Positions 46,028 to 55,858 of a stretch of 64,000 nucleotides of DNA are shown piece by piece; positions within the stretch are counted from its first letter, which is position 1, and the number at the start of each line of letters is the position of its first letter. The stretch spans positions 19,073 through 83,072 of the forward strand of contig JANLYQ010000060.1 of NCBI GenBank assembly GCA_031365725.1, in the 5' to 3' direction. The notes under the pieces were generated by a model that worked only from the letters and a program-made list of their open reading frames with translations, did no database searches and was not told the DNA's origin. The translations under genes and the position numbers were made by a program. Source of the DNA: Sporichthyaceae bacterium. Lineage in GTDB: Bacteria > Actinomycetota > Actinomycetes > JACCUZ01.

Positions 46028-47596
46028 GTGTCCGCGTCCGTCGCCACTCACCCGTACGAAGCCACCCAGGCGGAGGTGATCGAGAAGGCGAAGCTGAAGA
46101 AGCATTTCGGCCGCTTCGACATCCTGTTCTTCCTGGTCTGCACGATTGTCGGTGTCGACACCATCGGCGCCGTCGCGTCCTACGGCGCCGAGGCCTTCAC
46201 CTGGTTGATCGTCCTCGCGGTGCTGTTCTTCATCCCCTCCGCGCTGCTCTTCGCCGAGCTGGGCACGGCGTTCCCGGAGGAAGGTGGCGCCTACATCTGG
46301 ACCCGCCTGGCCTTCGGTCGGCTGGCGGGCGCGGTCAACAACTTCCTCTACTGGGTGACCAACCCGGTCTGGCTGGGCGGCACGCTCGCCGTGCTGGCCG
46401 CCACCACGTTCGCGACGTTCTTCACCAGCAGCGACACCTTGAGCACACCGGCGTTCTACGCCTTCACCCTGGTCTTCGTCTGGGTGGGTGTGCTGTCCGC
46501 GATCCTGTCCTTCCGGGTCGGCAAGTGGATCCCCACGGTCGGTGCCTGGTCGCGCTTCGTGCTGCTCGGCTTCTTCACCTTCTCGGTCGTGGTCTACGCC
46601 GTGCAGCACGGAGTGCACGGCTTCGGGGCGTCAGACTTCGGGCCCACCTACTACGGGTTGGTCGGGCTGGTGCCGCTGCTGCTCTTCAACTTCGTCGGCT
46701 TCGAGCTGCCGAGCGCAGCCGGGGACGAGATGACCGACCCGCAGAAGGACGTGCCGTTCGCCATCTTCCGCAGCGCGATCCTCTCGATGCTGCTCTACGG
46801 CCTGCCAATCCTGGGCATCCTGCTCGTGCTGCCGACTTCGCAGATCACCGGCCTCGGCGGCTTCATCGACGCGATCAAGGCCGTGTTCACCGTCTATGGC
46901 GGAAGCGTCGGCAAGGGCGGCGCCGAGCTGACTGGAGCCGGAGCGTTCCTGGGTGGAATCGCCGCGATCCTGTTCATCCTCGCGCTGCTGTCCTCCGGCG
47001 TCACCTGGATCATGGGGTCGGACCGGTCTTTGGCCGTGTCCGGCTACGACGGTGCCGCGCCGAGGTACTTCGGTGTCATCTCCGAGAAGTACGGCACCCC
47101 CGTGCGAGTGAACGTCTTCAGCGGTGTGCTCGCGACCGCAGTCCTCGTCATGGCGCACGAGATCACCGGTGGCAGCGCCCAGAAGCTTTTCACCACGGTG
47201 CTCACGCTGGCCATCTCGACCACCCTGGTGAGCTATCTCGGCATCTTCCCGGCGCTGGTCGTGCTCCGGCGCAAGCTGCCCGCGGTGGACCGCCCCTACC
47301 GCGCGCCGTACGCCATGGGCCTCTCGATCCTGCTCACCCTGCTCATCCTCTTCAGTGTCGTGCAGATCTTCTTCCCCGGTGCCGGCGATCACTGGTTCGG
47401 CGCCGACTACCGGCCTTCCGAGTGGAAGGCGAGCGAGAAGTGGTCCTACCTGGCCACCGAGATGGTGCCGCTGCTGGTGTTCATCGCGATGGGCGTCGTG
47501 TTCTGGGCGTCCGGTCGCAGCACCCGCGAGGCGCTGGCCGAGGGCGTCGGCACGAGCCCGATCGACGCCGTGCCCGGGGTCAGCTCGGCTGACTGA
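46028..47596 (+). CDS. APC-family amino acid permease
   Basis: 12-TM APC transporter sequence. GTG at 46028 has a GGAGG RBS 6 nt upstream. Confidence 0.85.
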   Translation: MSASVATHPYEATQAEVIEKAKLKKHFGRFDILFFLVCTIVGVDTIGAVASYGAEAFTWLIVLAVLFFIPSALLFAELGTAFPEEGGAYIWTRLAFGRLAGAVNNFLYWVTNPVWLGGTLAVLAATTFATFFTSSDTLSTPAFYAFTLVFVWVGVLSAILSFRVGKWIPTVGAWSRFVLLGFFTFSVVVYAVQHGVHGFGASDFGPTYYGLVGLVPLLLFNFVGFELPSAAGDEMTDPQKDVPFAIFRSAILSMLLYGLPILGILLVLPTSQITGLGGFIDAIKAVFTVYGGSVGKGGAELTGAGAFLGGIAAILFILALLSSGVTWIMGSDRSLAVSGYDGAAPRYFGVISEKYGTPVRVNVFSGVLATAVLVMAHEITGGSAQKLFTTVLTLAISTTLVSYLGIFPALVVLRRKLPAVDRPYRAPYAMGLSILLTLLILFSVVQIFFPGAGDHWFGADYRPSEWKASEKWSYLATEMVPLLVFIAMGVVFWASGRSTREALAEGVGTSPIDAVPGVSSAD

Positions 47597-47618
47597 GGAC
47601 GGGGTCAGACGGCGGCGG

Positions 47619-48497
47619 TCAGACGAGGGCGGTCAGGATCTCCGGGGCGCCGGCGGTCACCAGCAGGGTGTGCTCGAACTGAGCCGACCGACGACGATCC
47701 TTGGTGACGACCGTCCACCCGTCGTCCCACATGTCCCACTCCTCGGTGCCGAGGTTGAGCATCGGCTCGATCGTGAAGGTCATGCCCTCCTCGATGATGG
47801 TGTCGTGCCGCGGGTCGTCGTAGTGCGGAACGACCAGTCCGGAGTGGAACGCGGTGCCGATGCCGTGCCCGGTGAAGTCGCGGACGACGCCGTAACCGAA
47901 GCGGCGGGCGTAGGACTCGATGACGCGGCCGATGACGCTGATGGGCCGGCCGGGGCGCACCGCAGCGATCGCCCGACGCAGGGCCTCCTCGGTGCGTTCG
48001 ACGAGCAGACGGTCCTCCTCCGCGACGTCGCCGACGAGGAAGGTTGCATCGGTGTCGCCGTGCACGCCATCGAGGAAGGCGGTGATGTCGACGTTGACGA
48101 TGTCCCCGTCGCGCAGGACGGTGCTGTCAGGGATGCCGTGGCAGACAACCTCGTTGACCGACGTGCACAGCGACTTCGGGAAGCCTCGGTAGCCCAGGGT
48201 GGAGGGATAGGCGCCATGGGCGACGAGGTAGTCGTGTCCGATGACGTCCAGCTCGTCGGTCGTCACACCGGGAGCCACCTTGCGGCCGACCTCGGCCAGG
48301 GCTTCCGCGGCGATCCGCCCGGCGACGCGCATCCGGCCAAACGTGTCGGCATCCTTGACCTCGGGCCCGGTGAAGCGCTCGGGTCGCGGCCGACCGACGT
48401 AGTCCGGACGCGCGATCGACGCCGGGACCTCTCGCATCGGCGAGATAGCTCCCGGGACCAGTGCGGCAGCGGGGCTCTGACCAGGTCGTGACGACAT
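47619..48497 (-). CDS. map: methionine aminopeptidase type I (with N-terminal extension)
   Basis: MetAP pita-bread motifs (VCHGIP, DIVNVD, GHGIG, EPM). Confidence 0.88.
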   Translation of the reverse strand: MSSRPGQSPAAALVPGAISPMREVPASIARPDYVGRPRPERFTGPEVKDADTFGRMRVAGRIAAEALAEVGRKVAPGVTTDELDVIGHDYLVAHGAYPSTLGYRGFPKSLCTSVNEVVCHGIPDSTVLRDGDIVNVDITAFLDGVHGDTDATFLVGDVAEEDRLLVERTEEALRRAIAAVRPGRPISVIGRVIESYARRFGYGVVRDFTGHGIGTAFHSGLVVPHYDDPRHDTIIEEGMTFTIEPMLNLGTEEWDMWDDGWTVVTKDRRRSAQFEHTLLVTAGAPEILTALV

Positions 48498-48574
48498 GGT
48501 GCAGGAGTCTAGTTTGCGGGCACGATGACGCAGGAGACGATGGCGGTGACGACGAGAGAGGCGACGTGAGCGAT

Positions 48575-48766
48575 ATGGGCGACACGAGCGACGACGACGA
48601 GTACTACTACTGCCTGCTGCACAAGACGGTCGAACAAGGTCAGTCCTGCGCCAACTCCGAGCGGCTCGGCCCCTACGCGACCGAGGCTGAGGCACGGGGT
48701 GCGATCGCCCAGGCGGCCGAGAAGACCGAGGCCTGGGACAACGACCCACGCTGGAAGGACGACTGA
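48575..48766 (+). CDS. small acidic hypothetical protein
   Basis: [22 protein letters not shown]... lies within track ORF 48461..48766. Weak support. Confidence 0.3.
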   Translation: MGDTSDDDEYYYCLLHKTVEQGQSCANSERLGPYATEAEARGAIAQAAEKTEAWDNDPRWKDD

Positions 48767-48815
48767 CCAGACGGCTGACCGGACGACTGCTCCAACGACA
48801 CCGGTTCGTGACGCA

Positions 48816-48851
48816 CGAGAGGGCCGACCGGAGACCCGGTCGGCCCTCTCG
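48816..48851. terminator. bidirectional terminator-like hairpin: 16-bp perfect stem CGAGAGGGCCGACCGG / CCGGTCGGCCCTCTCG with loop AGAC
   Basis: Seen directly, between convergent genes. Confidence 0.5.
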
Positions 48852-48857
48852 TTGTGA

Positions 48858-49340
48858 CTAGCGGCCGCGGGCAGCCGTCTTGCGGGCTGTCGTCTTTTTG
48901 GCGGCAGCCTTCTTCGTGGTCTTGCGGGCGGGTGCCTTCTTGGCAGCCGTCTTGCGCGCGGTCGTCTTCTTGGTCGTGGTCTTCTTGGCCGCGGACTTGC
49001 GCGCGGTGGTCTTCTTGGCCGCAGCCTTCTTCGCGGTCGTCTTCTTCGCGGCAGCCTTCTTGGTGGTCGTCTTGCGCGCGGTGGTCTTCTTCGCCGCAGC
49101 CTTCTTCGCGGTCGTCTTCTTGGCTGTCGACTTCTTCGCCGCAGCCTTCTTGGCAGTGGTGCGCTTCGCCGTCGTCGTCTTGCGGGCGGAGCTGGTTGCT
49201 GCGTGAGTCACCTTCGCGGTGGTCTCGTCCTCTGTGGCCGGCACACGTGCCTCCTGCGCTCGTCCGTCGTCCCCATGGCCGACGTGTTCACTCAGAAAGA
49301 TCGCATCCTCTGCCACGTGTGACCAGCATTTGTCGCACAC
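48858..49340 (-). CDS. Lys/Ala/Thr-rich basic repeat protein (histone H1-like / HupB C-terminal-tail-like)
   Basis: Repeats of [13 protein letters not shown] in the protein. The DNA between 48880 and 49200 is tandemly repetitive. Confidence 0.5.
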   Translation of the reverse strand: MCDKCWSHVAEDAIFLSEHVGHGDDGRAQEARVPATEDETTAKVTHAATSSARKTTTAKRTTAKKAAAKKSTAKKTTAKKAAAKKTTARKTTTKKAAAKKTTAKKAAAKKTTARKSAAKKTTTKKTTARKTAAKKAPARKTTKKAAAKKTTARKTAARGR

Positions 49341-49468
49341 CAGTTTCTTGTGCCGCGAGCAGACATCTGTTGTCAGAAGCCGTTGTCATCGAACGGTTTC
49401 CACGTGCGGGCAGGAAAAACCGTTGCTGCACATGGGTTCTGTCTGCATGAACGACGACGTGGTGGTGC

Positions 49469-50083
49469 TCAACGACGAGGAGCGGGTCCGCTGACGCGGT
49501 CAAGAAATCGTGCAAGCCGATCGCGTGCACCGGTGCGTGTCGTGCTCTCTCCGGCCGCAACACTGACGAGATGTTGCACGCTGTCGATGTCGAGACCCCT
49601 CGGCATGGTGCGTGCGACAACAAGGTCTCGCGAGGCATCGGCAACGACAAGCCGGTCGTGGGCAAGTGCACCGAGCTCCTCGTCACCGTCGTCGATCGAC
49701 AGGATCGTGGCACCCGAACGACGTGCGTCGGCAACGCGTTCGAGCAGCTGCTCGGGTGCAGCGTCGGGCGCGACGACGAACACCGTCTCGTCCTTGCGCG
49801 CGGCCTCGAGGCGCGCCATCGTCACAGCGAGGTGCGGCGGCGCATCGACCGGGGGAGCCCACCGCACCAGCGTCGGTGCGAGCTCGGCGATGCCCGTCAG
49901 ACGTGACTCGTCGTCCAGGTGCGCGGCGAGGTGCCATGGCTCCTCCTCCGGTGTGCCGACCAGCAGCAGGCCGCCGCGGCTCGACGTCGAGCGCCGCATC
50001 GTCGAGGCAAAGCTGCGGGTGTGCGCGAGCCAGTCACTGTCGGCCAGCAGTTCGCGCAGAGCGGCTGCGCGGGAGGAGTCCAT
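49469..50083 (-). CDS. conserved hypothetical protein
   Basis: ATG at 50083 (MDSSRAAALRELL...). No domain recognised. Confidence 0.45.
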   Translation of the reverse strand: MDSSRAAALRELLADSDWLAHTRSFASTMRRSTSSRGGLLLVGTPEEEPWHLAAHLDDESRLTGIAELAPTLVRWAPPVDAPPHLAVTMARLEAARKDETVFVVAPDAAPEQLLERVADARRSGATILSIDDGDEELGALAHDRLVVADASRDLVVARTMPRGLDIDSVQHLVSVAAGESTTRTGARDRLARFLDRVSGPAPRR

Positions 50084-50124
50084 CGCCCCATGCTGCCGCA
50101 CGACGCAGTGGGTGGGTGCTCCGG

Positions 50125-50985
50125 TCAGTGGTAGGCGTGCTCCGGGCCGGGGTAGGTGCCGGCTGCCACATCGGCCGCAAAGGCCTGCGCGGCGGCGGTG
50201 AGGGTGCCGCGCAGGTCGGCGAACGTCTTGACGAACTTGGGCATCGGACCCGAACGCAGACCGGCCATGTCCTGCCACACCAGGACCTGGCCGTCGCAGT
50301 CGACCCCGGCGCCGATGCCGATGGTGGGGATCGTGAGCTCGGCGGTGATGCGCTTGGCGACGTCGGCCGGCACCATCTCGAGCACGACGGCGAACGCGCC
50401 CGCCTCCTGCAGTGCCAGTGCGTCGGCGACGAGCTCGTCGCCGGCCGCGCCGCGACCCTGCACGCGGTAGCCGCCGAGGCCGTGCTCGCTCTGCGGGGTG
50501 AAACCGATGTGCGCCATCACAGGAACACCCGCGGACACGACCGCGGCAACCTGTCCGGTGACGACGCGACCACCCTCGAGCTTGACGGCGTGGGCACCGC
50601 CTTCCTTCATGAACCGCACCGAGGTCGCCAAGGCTTGTTCCGGCGAGGACTGATAGCTGCCGAAGGGCAGGTCGGCGACGACCAGTGCGGTGTGCGCACC
50701 GCGGGTCACCGCCCGCACCATCGGCAGCAGCTCGTCCACCGTCACCGGCAACGTGCTGTCGTAGCCCAAGACGTTGTTGGCCGCCGAGTCGCCGACGAGC
50801 AGCAGCGGGATGCCGGCCTCGTCGAAGACGGCTGCGGTCATCTGGTCGTAGGACGTGAGCATCGCGAAGTGCTCACCGCGTTCCTTCATCGCACGCAGGT
50901 GGTGCACCCGCACGCGGTGTCGCGGGACGGGGGCAATGGCGGCGACGGGGGACGTCGGAGTTGTTGTGGACGCTGCCTCGGACAT
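50125..50985 (-). CDS. panB: 3-methyl-2-oxobutanoate hydroxymethyltransferase
   Basis: PanB motifs (LTSYD, LLVGDS, the active-site region in KLEGG). Confidence 0.9.
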   Translation of the reverse strand: MSEAASTTTPTSPVAAIAPVPRHRVRVHHLRAMKERGEHFAMLTSYDQMTAAVFDEAGIPLLLVGDSAANNVLGYDSTLPVTVDELLPMVRAVTRGAHTALVVADLPFGSYQSSPEQALATSVRFMKEGGAHAVKLEGGRVVTGQVAAVVSAGVPVMAHIGFTPQSEHGLGGYRVQGRGAAGDELVADALALQEAGAFAVVLEMVPADVAKRITAELTIPTIGIGAGVDCDGQVLVWQDMAGLRSGPMPKFVKTFADLRGTLTAAAQAFAADVAAGTYPGPEHAYH

Positions 50986-51003
50986 GCTGGACCTCCTGAT
51001 GGG

Positions 51004-52677
51004 TCACTGCTCGGGTGCGTGCTCGCGCCAACGGTTGGTGATCGGCAACCGGCGGTCACGGCCGAACGCCTTGAACGAGATCTTCGGGCCCGGGGGGTAC
51101 TGCCGTCGCTTGTACTCCGCGCGGTCGACCATCCGCAGCACCTTCTCCACCAGCGCCTGCTCGAAGCCGGCGGCCAGCAGCTCGCCCGACCCGCGGTCCT
51201 GCTCGACGTAGTCGTCGAGGATGTCGTCGAGCAGGTCGTACGGCGGCAACGAGTCGGTGTCGAGCTGGCCCGGGCGCAGCTCGGCGGAGGGCTCCTTGGT
51301 GATCGAGGCCTCCGGGATCGGCGGGGTCTCACCCCGGGAGGTGGCGTCGGCGTTGCGCCACCGCGACAGTGCCCAGACCGCGGTCTTGGGCAGGTCCTTG
51401 AGCGGCGCGAAGCCGCCCACAGCATCGCCGTACATGGTGGAGTAACCCACAGCGAGCTCACTCTTGTTTCCGGTCGCCAGCACGAGATGTCCGTGCTCGT
51501 TCGACAGCCCCATCAGCAGCATGCCCCGGACGCGGGCCTGCAGGTTCTCCTCCGACAGGCCGGTGAGGGTGACAGCAGCAAGGAAGCTCGCCACGATCGA
51601 CGCGATCGGCACGGTCGAGAAGACGAGGCCGGTGCGCTCTGCGAGGTCGGCGGCGTCGGAGCGAGAGTGGTCGGAGGAATAGCTGCTCGGCATCGACACG
51701 CCGTGGACGTGGGCCGCTCCCAGGGCGTCGCAGGCGATGGCGGCGGTCAACGCGGAGTCGATGCCGCCGGAGAGCCCCAGGATGACCGTGGCGAACGCGT
51801 TCTTGTGGACGTAGTCGCGCAGCGCCGTGACCAAGGCGGTGTAGACCTCGCCGTCGTCGGCCAGCCGGGGCACGACCGGTCCCGATGGCGGAGCCGCGGC
51901 GGTGTCGAGGTCGACCGTCAGCAGCTCCTCGGTGAACTGTCCGGCGCGGGCGAGCACCGTGCCGTCGGCTGCGACGATGAGGGAGTCGCCGTCGAAGACC
52001 AGCTCGTCCTGCCCGCCGACCATGTTGACGTAGGCGAGGGCGCACCCCGCGTCGGCCGCTCGCCGTCGCACCAGCTCGAGCCGGACGTCGTCCTTGTTGC
52101 GCTCGTAGGGCGATCCGTTGATGACCAGCAGCAGATCGGCACCGGCTGCTCGGGTCTGCGCGACCGGCCCGCCCTCTTGCCAGATGTCCTCGCAGATGGC
52201 GAGGGCGACGTCGGCGCCGTTGACGCTCACCACCGTCGAGGACGTCCCGGGCACGAAGTAGCGGTACTCATCGAAGACGCCGTAGTTGGGCAGGTGGTGC
52301 TTGGCGTAGCGAGCGGTGACCGCGCCCGACTGCAGCACGGCGGCGGCGTTCTGCGGGGCCCCCTTCGGGGTGCCGAGCACGGGGGCCGTATCGGGTGCGC
52401 CGTCGAGGTAGCCGACCACGACCACGATCTCGCCGAGACCCTCGGCCGCGAGGCGCCCTGCGAGGGCGTCGAGCGCTTGTCGGGATGCCTCGACGAAGGA
52501 CCGGCGCAGCGCGAGGTCCTCGACCGGATAGCCGGTCAGCACCATCTCGGGGAAGGCGACGAGGTGCGCCCCGGCGTCGGCCGCGCGCCGGGTCCACCCC
52601 ACCACGAGCTCGGAGTTGCCGGCGAGGTCGCCGACGACGGGGTTGACCTGGGCGAGAGCGAGACGCAGCTGGGCCAC
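51004..52677 (-). CDS. nadE: glutamine-dependent NAD+ synthetase (nitrilase domain + NAD synthase domain)
   Basis: N-terminal CN-hydrolase domain (VAFPEM) and a C-terminal PP-loop SGGIDS motif. Confidence 0.9.
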   Translation of the reverse strand: MAQLRLALAQVNPVVGDLAGNSELVVGWTRRAADAGAHLVAFPEMVLTGYPVEDLALRRSFVEASRQALDALAGRLAAEGLGEIVVVVGYLDGAPDTAPVLGTPKGAPQNAAAVLQSGAVTARYAKHHLPNYGVFDEYRYFVPGTSSTVVSVNGADVALAICEDIWQEGGPVAQTRAAGADLLLVINGSPYERNKDDVRLELVRRRAADAGCALAYVNMVGGQDELVFDGDSLIVAADGTVLARAGQFTEELLTVDLDTAAAPPSGPVVPRLADDGEVYTALVTALRDYVHKNAFATVILGLSGGIDSALTAAIACDALGAAHVHGVSMPSSYSSDHSRSDAADLAERTGLVFSTVPIASIVASFLAAVTLTGLSEENLQARVRGMLLMGLSNEHGHLVLATGNKSELAVGYSTMYGDAVGGFAPLKDLPKTAVWALSRWRNADATSRGETPPIPEASITKEPSAELRPGQLDTDSLPPYDLLDDILDDYVEQDRGSGELLAAGFEQALVEKVLRMVDRAEYKRRQYPPGPKISFKAFGRDRRLPITNRWREHAPEQ

Positions 52678-52718
52678 CCACCGAGCCTAGTGACGCCGGA
52701 TCGTGCGGGGGACTGCGG

Positions 52719-55286
52719 TCAGGCCCGCCCGATCCGGCGTACGTCGGGGTGCGCACCACCGGCACCGGCACCGGCACCGGCACCGGCCGCAGGAGGCTGC
52801 ACCGGGCGCGCGTCGCCGGACGTGACCTCGGCGTCGGTCGCCTCGATGCGCAGGCGCGTGGCGTACGCCGCGAAGTGCTCGGAGAGCCAGCTGGTCATGG
52901 CCGTTGCCGGCATCGGCTTGGCCAGGTAGTAGCCCTGCACCAGGTCGCAGCCGAGCTCCTCGAGCACCCGCCATGCCGCAGCGTCCTCGACGCCTTCGGC
53001 GACGACGCGCAGGCCGAGGTCGTGCCCGAGCCCGATGACGGCCCGCACGATGGCGAGGTCGTCGCTGCGCTCGGCCAGATGAAGCACGAACGAGCGGTCG
53101 ATCTTGACCTCGTGCACCGGCAGGCTGCGCAGCCGGGTGAGCGAGGAGTAGCCGGTGCCGAAGTCGTCGACCGAGACGAGCAGCCCCAGGTCGACGAGTC
53201 GGTCGAGGGCCCGCACGGCCCGCTCGGGTTCGGCCACGATCGCGCTCTCGGTGACCTCCAGCTTCAGCAGTGCGGCCGGCAGACCGGCTTGCACGAGCAG
53301 CCGGGCGACGGTGTCGGCGAGCTCCGGCTCGAGCAGGTTGCGCATGGAGACGTTGACGGCCATGAGCACCGGGGTGCCGGCCTCGCGCCACGCGACGCAC
53401 TGCCGGATAGCGGTCTCGATCACGAAGCGGGTCAACGGCTTGATCAGACCGGTGTGCTCGGCTAGCGGGATGAACTCGTCGGGTGCGACGTTGCCCCACA
53501 CCGGGTGCTTCCACCGGATCAGCGCCTCGACGCCGGTGACCTGACCGCTGCTCGGATCGGCCTGCGGCTGGTAGTGCAGCTCCAGTCCGCCGTCCTCGAG
53601 AGCGCGCGCCAGGTCACCGATCAGGGACAGGCGCCGCGAGCTGTAGGGGTCGCGCTCAGCGGAATAGCGCGCCACGCCGCTGTGCGAGCGCTTGGCGTCG
53701 TACATCGCGACCTCTGCCCTGCGCAAGATCAGTGCGGCCGACGAGCCGTCCCGAGGCGTGGTGGCGATGCCGATCGAGGCCATCACGTCGATCGTCACCT
53801 CGCCGAGGTCGAAGGGGCGGGCCATGTCGCGGGTGATGCGCGCCACCATGCCCTCGACGTGCACGTCGTCGCCGCCGAGCAGCACGGCGAACTCGTCGCC
53901 ACCGAGGCGGGCGACCACGGTCTCGTCCCGTTCGACCTGACGCAGCCGACGGCCGACCTCGCGCAGCAGCCGGTCGCCGACATCGTGCCCGAGGGTGTCG
54001 TTGACCTCCTTGAAGCGATCGACGTCCATCAGCAGGACCGCGGCCGAGCCGTCGGCAAGCAGCCGCTGCTCGAGCCGCAGCTGGAAGTGCAGGCGGTTCG
54101 GCAGCCCGGTCAGCGGGTCGTGCAAGGAGAGGTGCTCGGTCTCCTGTGCGGCGGCGCGGACGCGGGCGACCAGACCGGAGTTGGTGAGAGCGACGCTGGC
54201 GTGCCCGGCCAGCGCCTCGAAGAGCTTGAGGTCGTCCTTGTCGAAGGTGCTCATCGCGTCCAGGCGGTCGGTGACCACGAAGATGCCGGTGATCTCCCCT
54301 CCGTCGCGCAGCGGAGCGGCCATGCCGTCGTGGTGACCCTCGGCGCGCAGCAGGGCGTACGCCGTGTCTGTGCCACCGCGGGCCAGCAGGACCGGATCCC
54401 CGGTCAGCGCCCCGGCCCACCACGCGTCAGCATGGGGCTGGGCAAGCAGCACGGACGCCGTGGTGGCACGCAGCAGCTCGCACGCCTCGCCCCGGACCGT
54501 CTCCATGACGTTGCCCTCGGCCAGCGACCGGTCGACCGAGCGGGTGAAGCGGTAGAGGAGCTCGAGCCGCGCGTAGCGCAGACGCTGGACGTGGTAACCC
54601 CGGTAGAGCAGGAAGCTCAGGATTGCCAGCACACCGAGCAGTGCCAGTGCGGATGGTGCCTCCCGAAGTGACAGAACCGCGAGCAGCGCGAGGTCGGTCA
54701 CCACAAATGTGCCCACGGCGGCTACGCCCAGAGTGCGGAGAAAGCCGCGAAGGTCCCATGAATCGGTCCGCAGGCTGATGATCGCAAACACCGCTGTCGC
54801 GCCCACGGCGTCTGCAGCCAGGACAGAGACAAGCACGACCAGCCACAACCGTGGCGACGTCTGTCCGGTCTGCAAGGAGAGAAGCGAAGACATCGAGGTG
54901 AAGGTCACCGTTGCGACAGCAACTTGCGCTGCGGCCGAGGCCACGTTGAAGACAAACTTGATCGGCTGGTTGCGCCGGATCACCGCCTGCTCGACCACGA
55001 TTCCCACCACCGCCGCCGTCACCAGGTGGCTGGTGGTCAGAAAGAGCAGCCCAAGCACCAAGGGCGCTTGGCTCAGCGTGAGGCTGTGGTTGTCGCGACC
55101 CACCGGCAGGTGCAGCGACACCACCGCAGTCAGGCAGAACAAGGCAGCCACTACCGGCCACCAGATGTGCGGCGTCAGAGCGGGGAGCTCTGGGTCGAGG
55201 TACCAGACGGCGCCTGCGCCGGCGGCGAGAAGCCCGCTGAGCAGCCAGATGAGGCTGTCAGTCGAGCTTCGCCAACGCTGTCTCAT
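52719..55286 (-). CDS. membrane-bound GGDEF-EAL (diguanylate cyclase / phosphodiesterase) signalling protein with an N-terminal multi-TM sensor
   Basis: RLGGDEFAVLL (GGDEF) and EALIRW (EAL) motifs. Roughly 7 N-terminal TM helices. Confidence 0.85.
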   Translation of the reverse strand: MRQRWRSSTDSLIWLLSGLLAAGAGAVWYLDPELPALTPHIWWPVVAALFCLTAVVSLHLPVGRDNHSLTLSQAPLVLGLLFLTTSHLVTAAVVGIVVEQAVIRRNQPIKFVFNVASAAAQVAVATVTFTSMSSLLSLQTGQTSPRLWLVVLVSVLAADAVGATAVFAIISLRTDSWDLRGFLRTLGVAAVGTFVVTDLALLAVLSLREAPSALALLGVLAILSFLLYRGYHVQRLRYARLELLYRFTRSVDRSLAEGNVMETVRGEACELLRATTASVLLAQPHADAWWAGALTGDPVLLARGGTDTAYALLRAEGHHDGMAAPLRDGGEITGIFVVTDRLDAMSTFDKDDLKLFEALAGHASVALTNSGLVARVRAAAQETEHLSLHDPLTGLPNRLHFQLRLEQRLLADGSAAVLLMDVDRFKEVNDTLGHDVGDRLLREVGRRLRQVERDETVVARLGGDEFAVLLGGDDVHVEGMVARITRDMARPFDLGEVTIDVMASIGIATTPRDGSSAALILRRAEVAMYDAKRSHSGVARYSAERDPYSSRRLSLIGDLARALEDGGLELHYQPQADPSSGQVTGVEALIRWKHPVWGNVAPDEFIPLAEHTGLIKPLTRFVIETAIRQCVAWREAGTPVLMAVNVSMRNLLEPELADTVARLLVQAGLPAALLKLEVTESAIVAEPERAVRALDRLVDLGLLVSVDDFGTGYSSLTRLRSLPVHEVKIDRSFVLHLAERSDDLAIVRAVIGLGHDLGLRVVAEGVEDAAAWRVLEELGCDLVQGYYLAKPMPATAMTSWLSEHFAAYATRLRIEATDAEVTSGDARPVQPPAAGAGAGAGAGGAHPDVRRIGRA
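52757..52786. repeat. (CACCGG)x5 hexanucleotide repeat inside the 3' end of the GGDEF-EAL gene (encodes Gly-Ala repeats on the minus strand)
   Basis: Seen directly. The unit is 6 bp, so copy-number change would stay in frame. Confidence 0.7.
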
Positions 55287-55400
55287 GACACAAGTGTGCG
55301 GTACGTCAGCACTCGGGGTGGCGGGACGTGACTGATGGCAGGTTTGTCCGGCCGAATGGATGACCGGCGTGCTGCGATTGCGCTAGAGGCGAGCCGGGCC

Positions 55401-55655
55401 TCAGTTCCAGGCAGAACCGTTCGTCGTGACGCCATTCCACGCCGAGCCGTTGGTCGTGACCTTGTTCCAGGCCGAGCCCGCACGGGTCGACGAGTGGTTC
55501 CACGCGGAGCCCGCCCGGGTGGAGTGGTTCCACGCAGAGCCGGCCTTGTCGTGGGCCGCACTCGTGAGCAGGCCGGTGAGCAGCGCCGCGGCGATGAGCG
55601 CCAGCGTGGCGAGGAGAGCGACGACGGGGGAGAGGGTGCGAGCGGTGGTGGTCAT
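55401..55655 (-). CDS. small secreted/membrane-anchored protein with tandem ...GSAWN... repeats
   Basis: 84 aa. Hydrophobic N-terminus (LSPVVALLATLALIAAALLTGLL), then 5 repeats ending in SAWN. A GGAGA RBS lies upstream of the ATG. Confidence 0.5.
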   Translation of the reverse strand: MTTTARTLSPVVALLATLALIAAALLTGLLTSAAHDKAGSAWNHSTRAGSAWNHSSTRAGSAWNKVTTNGSAWNGVTTNGSAWN

Positions 55656-55731
55656 CTGGTTCTCCAAGGGTGAGCCCGGGGGGAGGGCGATGGGAGCAGT
55701 CGATTGATGATCGACGTTGCACATTCATGAA

Positions 55732-55745
55732 CGTCCCATGGGACG
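55732..55745. promoter_or_regulatory. perfect 14-bp palindrome CGTCCCATGGGACG in the divergent promoter region between the SAWN-repeat gene and glnA2
   Basis: Seen directly. Adjacent is TTCATGAA. Candidate transcription-factor site (GlnR-type control is plausible for glnA2). Confidence 0.3.
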
Positions 55746-55858
55746 CCGTTGACTCGGCAAAGGATCTGGGACTGCCGATGTCCCCCGGAGATTCCCAGGT
55801 CAGGGCCGCGTGGCCGCGCGTAACACGCCGGAAACAGTCCACGGGCACGATCGCGGGC

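Noticed and set aside
49612-52929. 1105-aa + strand ORF overlapping panB and nadE
   Set aside because: It is antisense to two strongly conserved housekeeping genes and its translation is Arg/Gly-rich junk. It is a GC-driven open frame.
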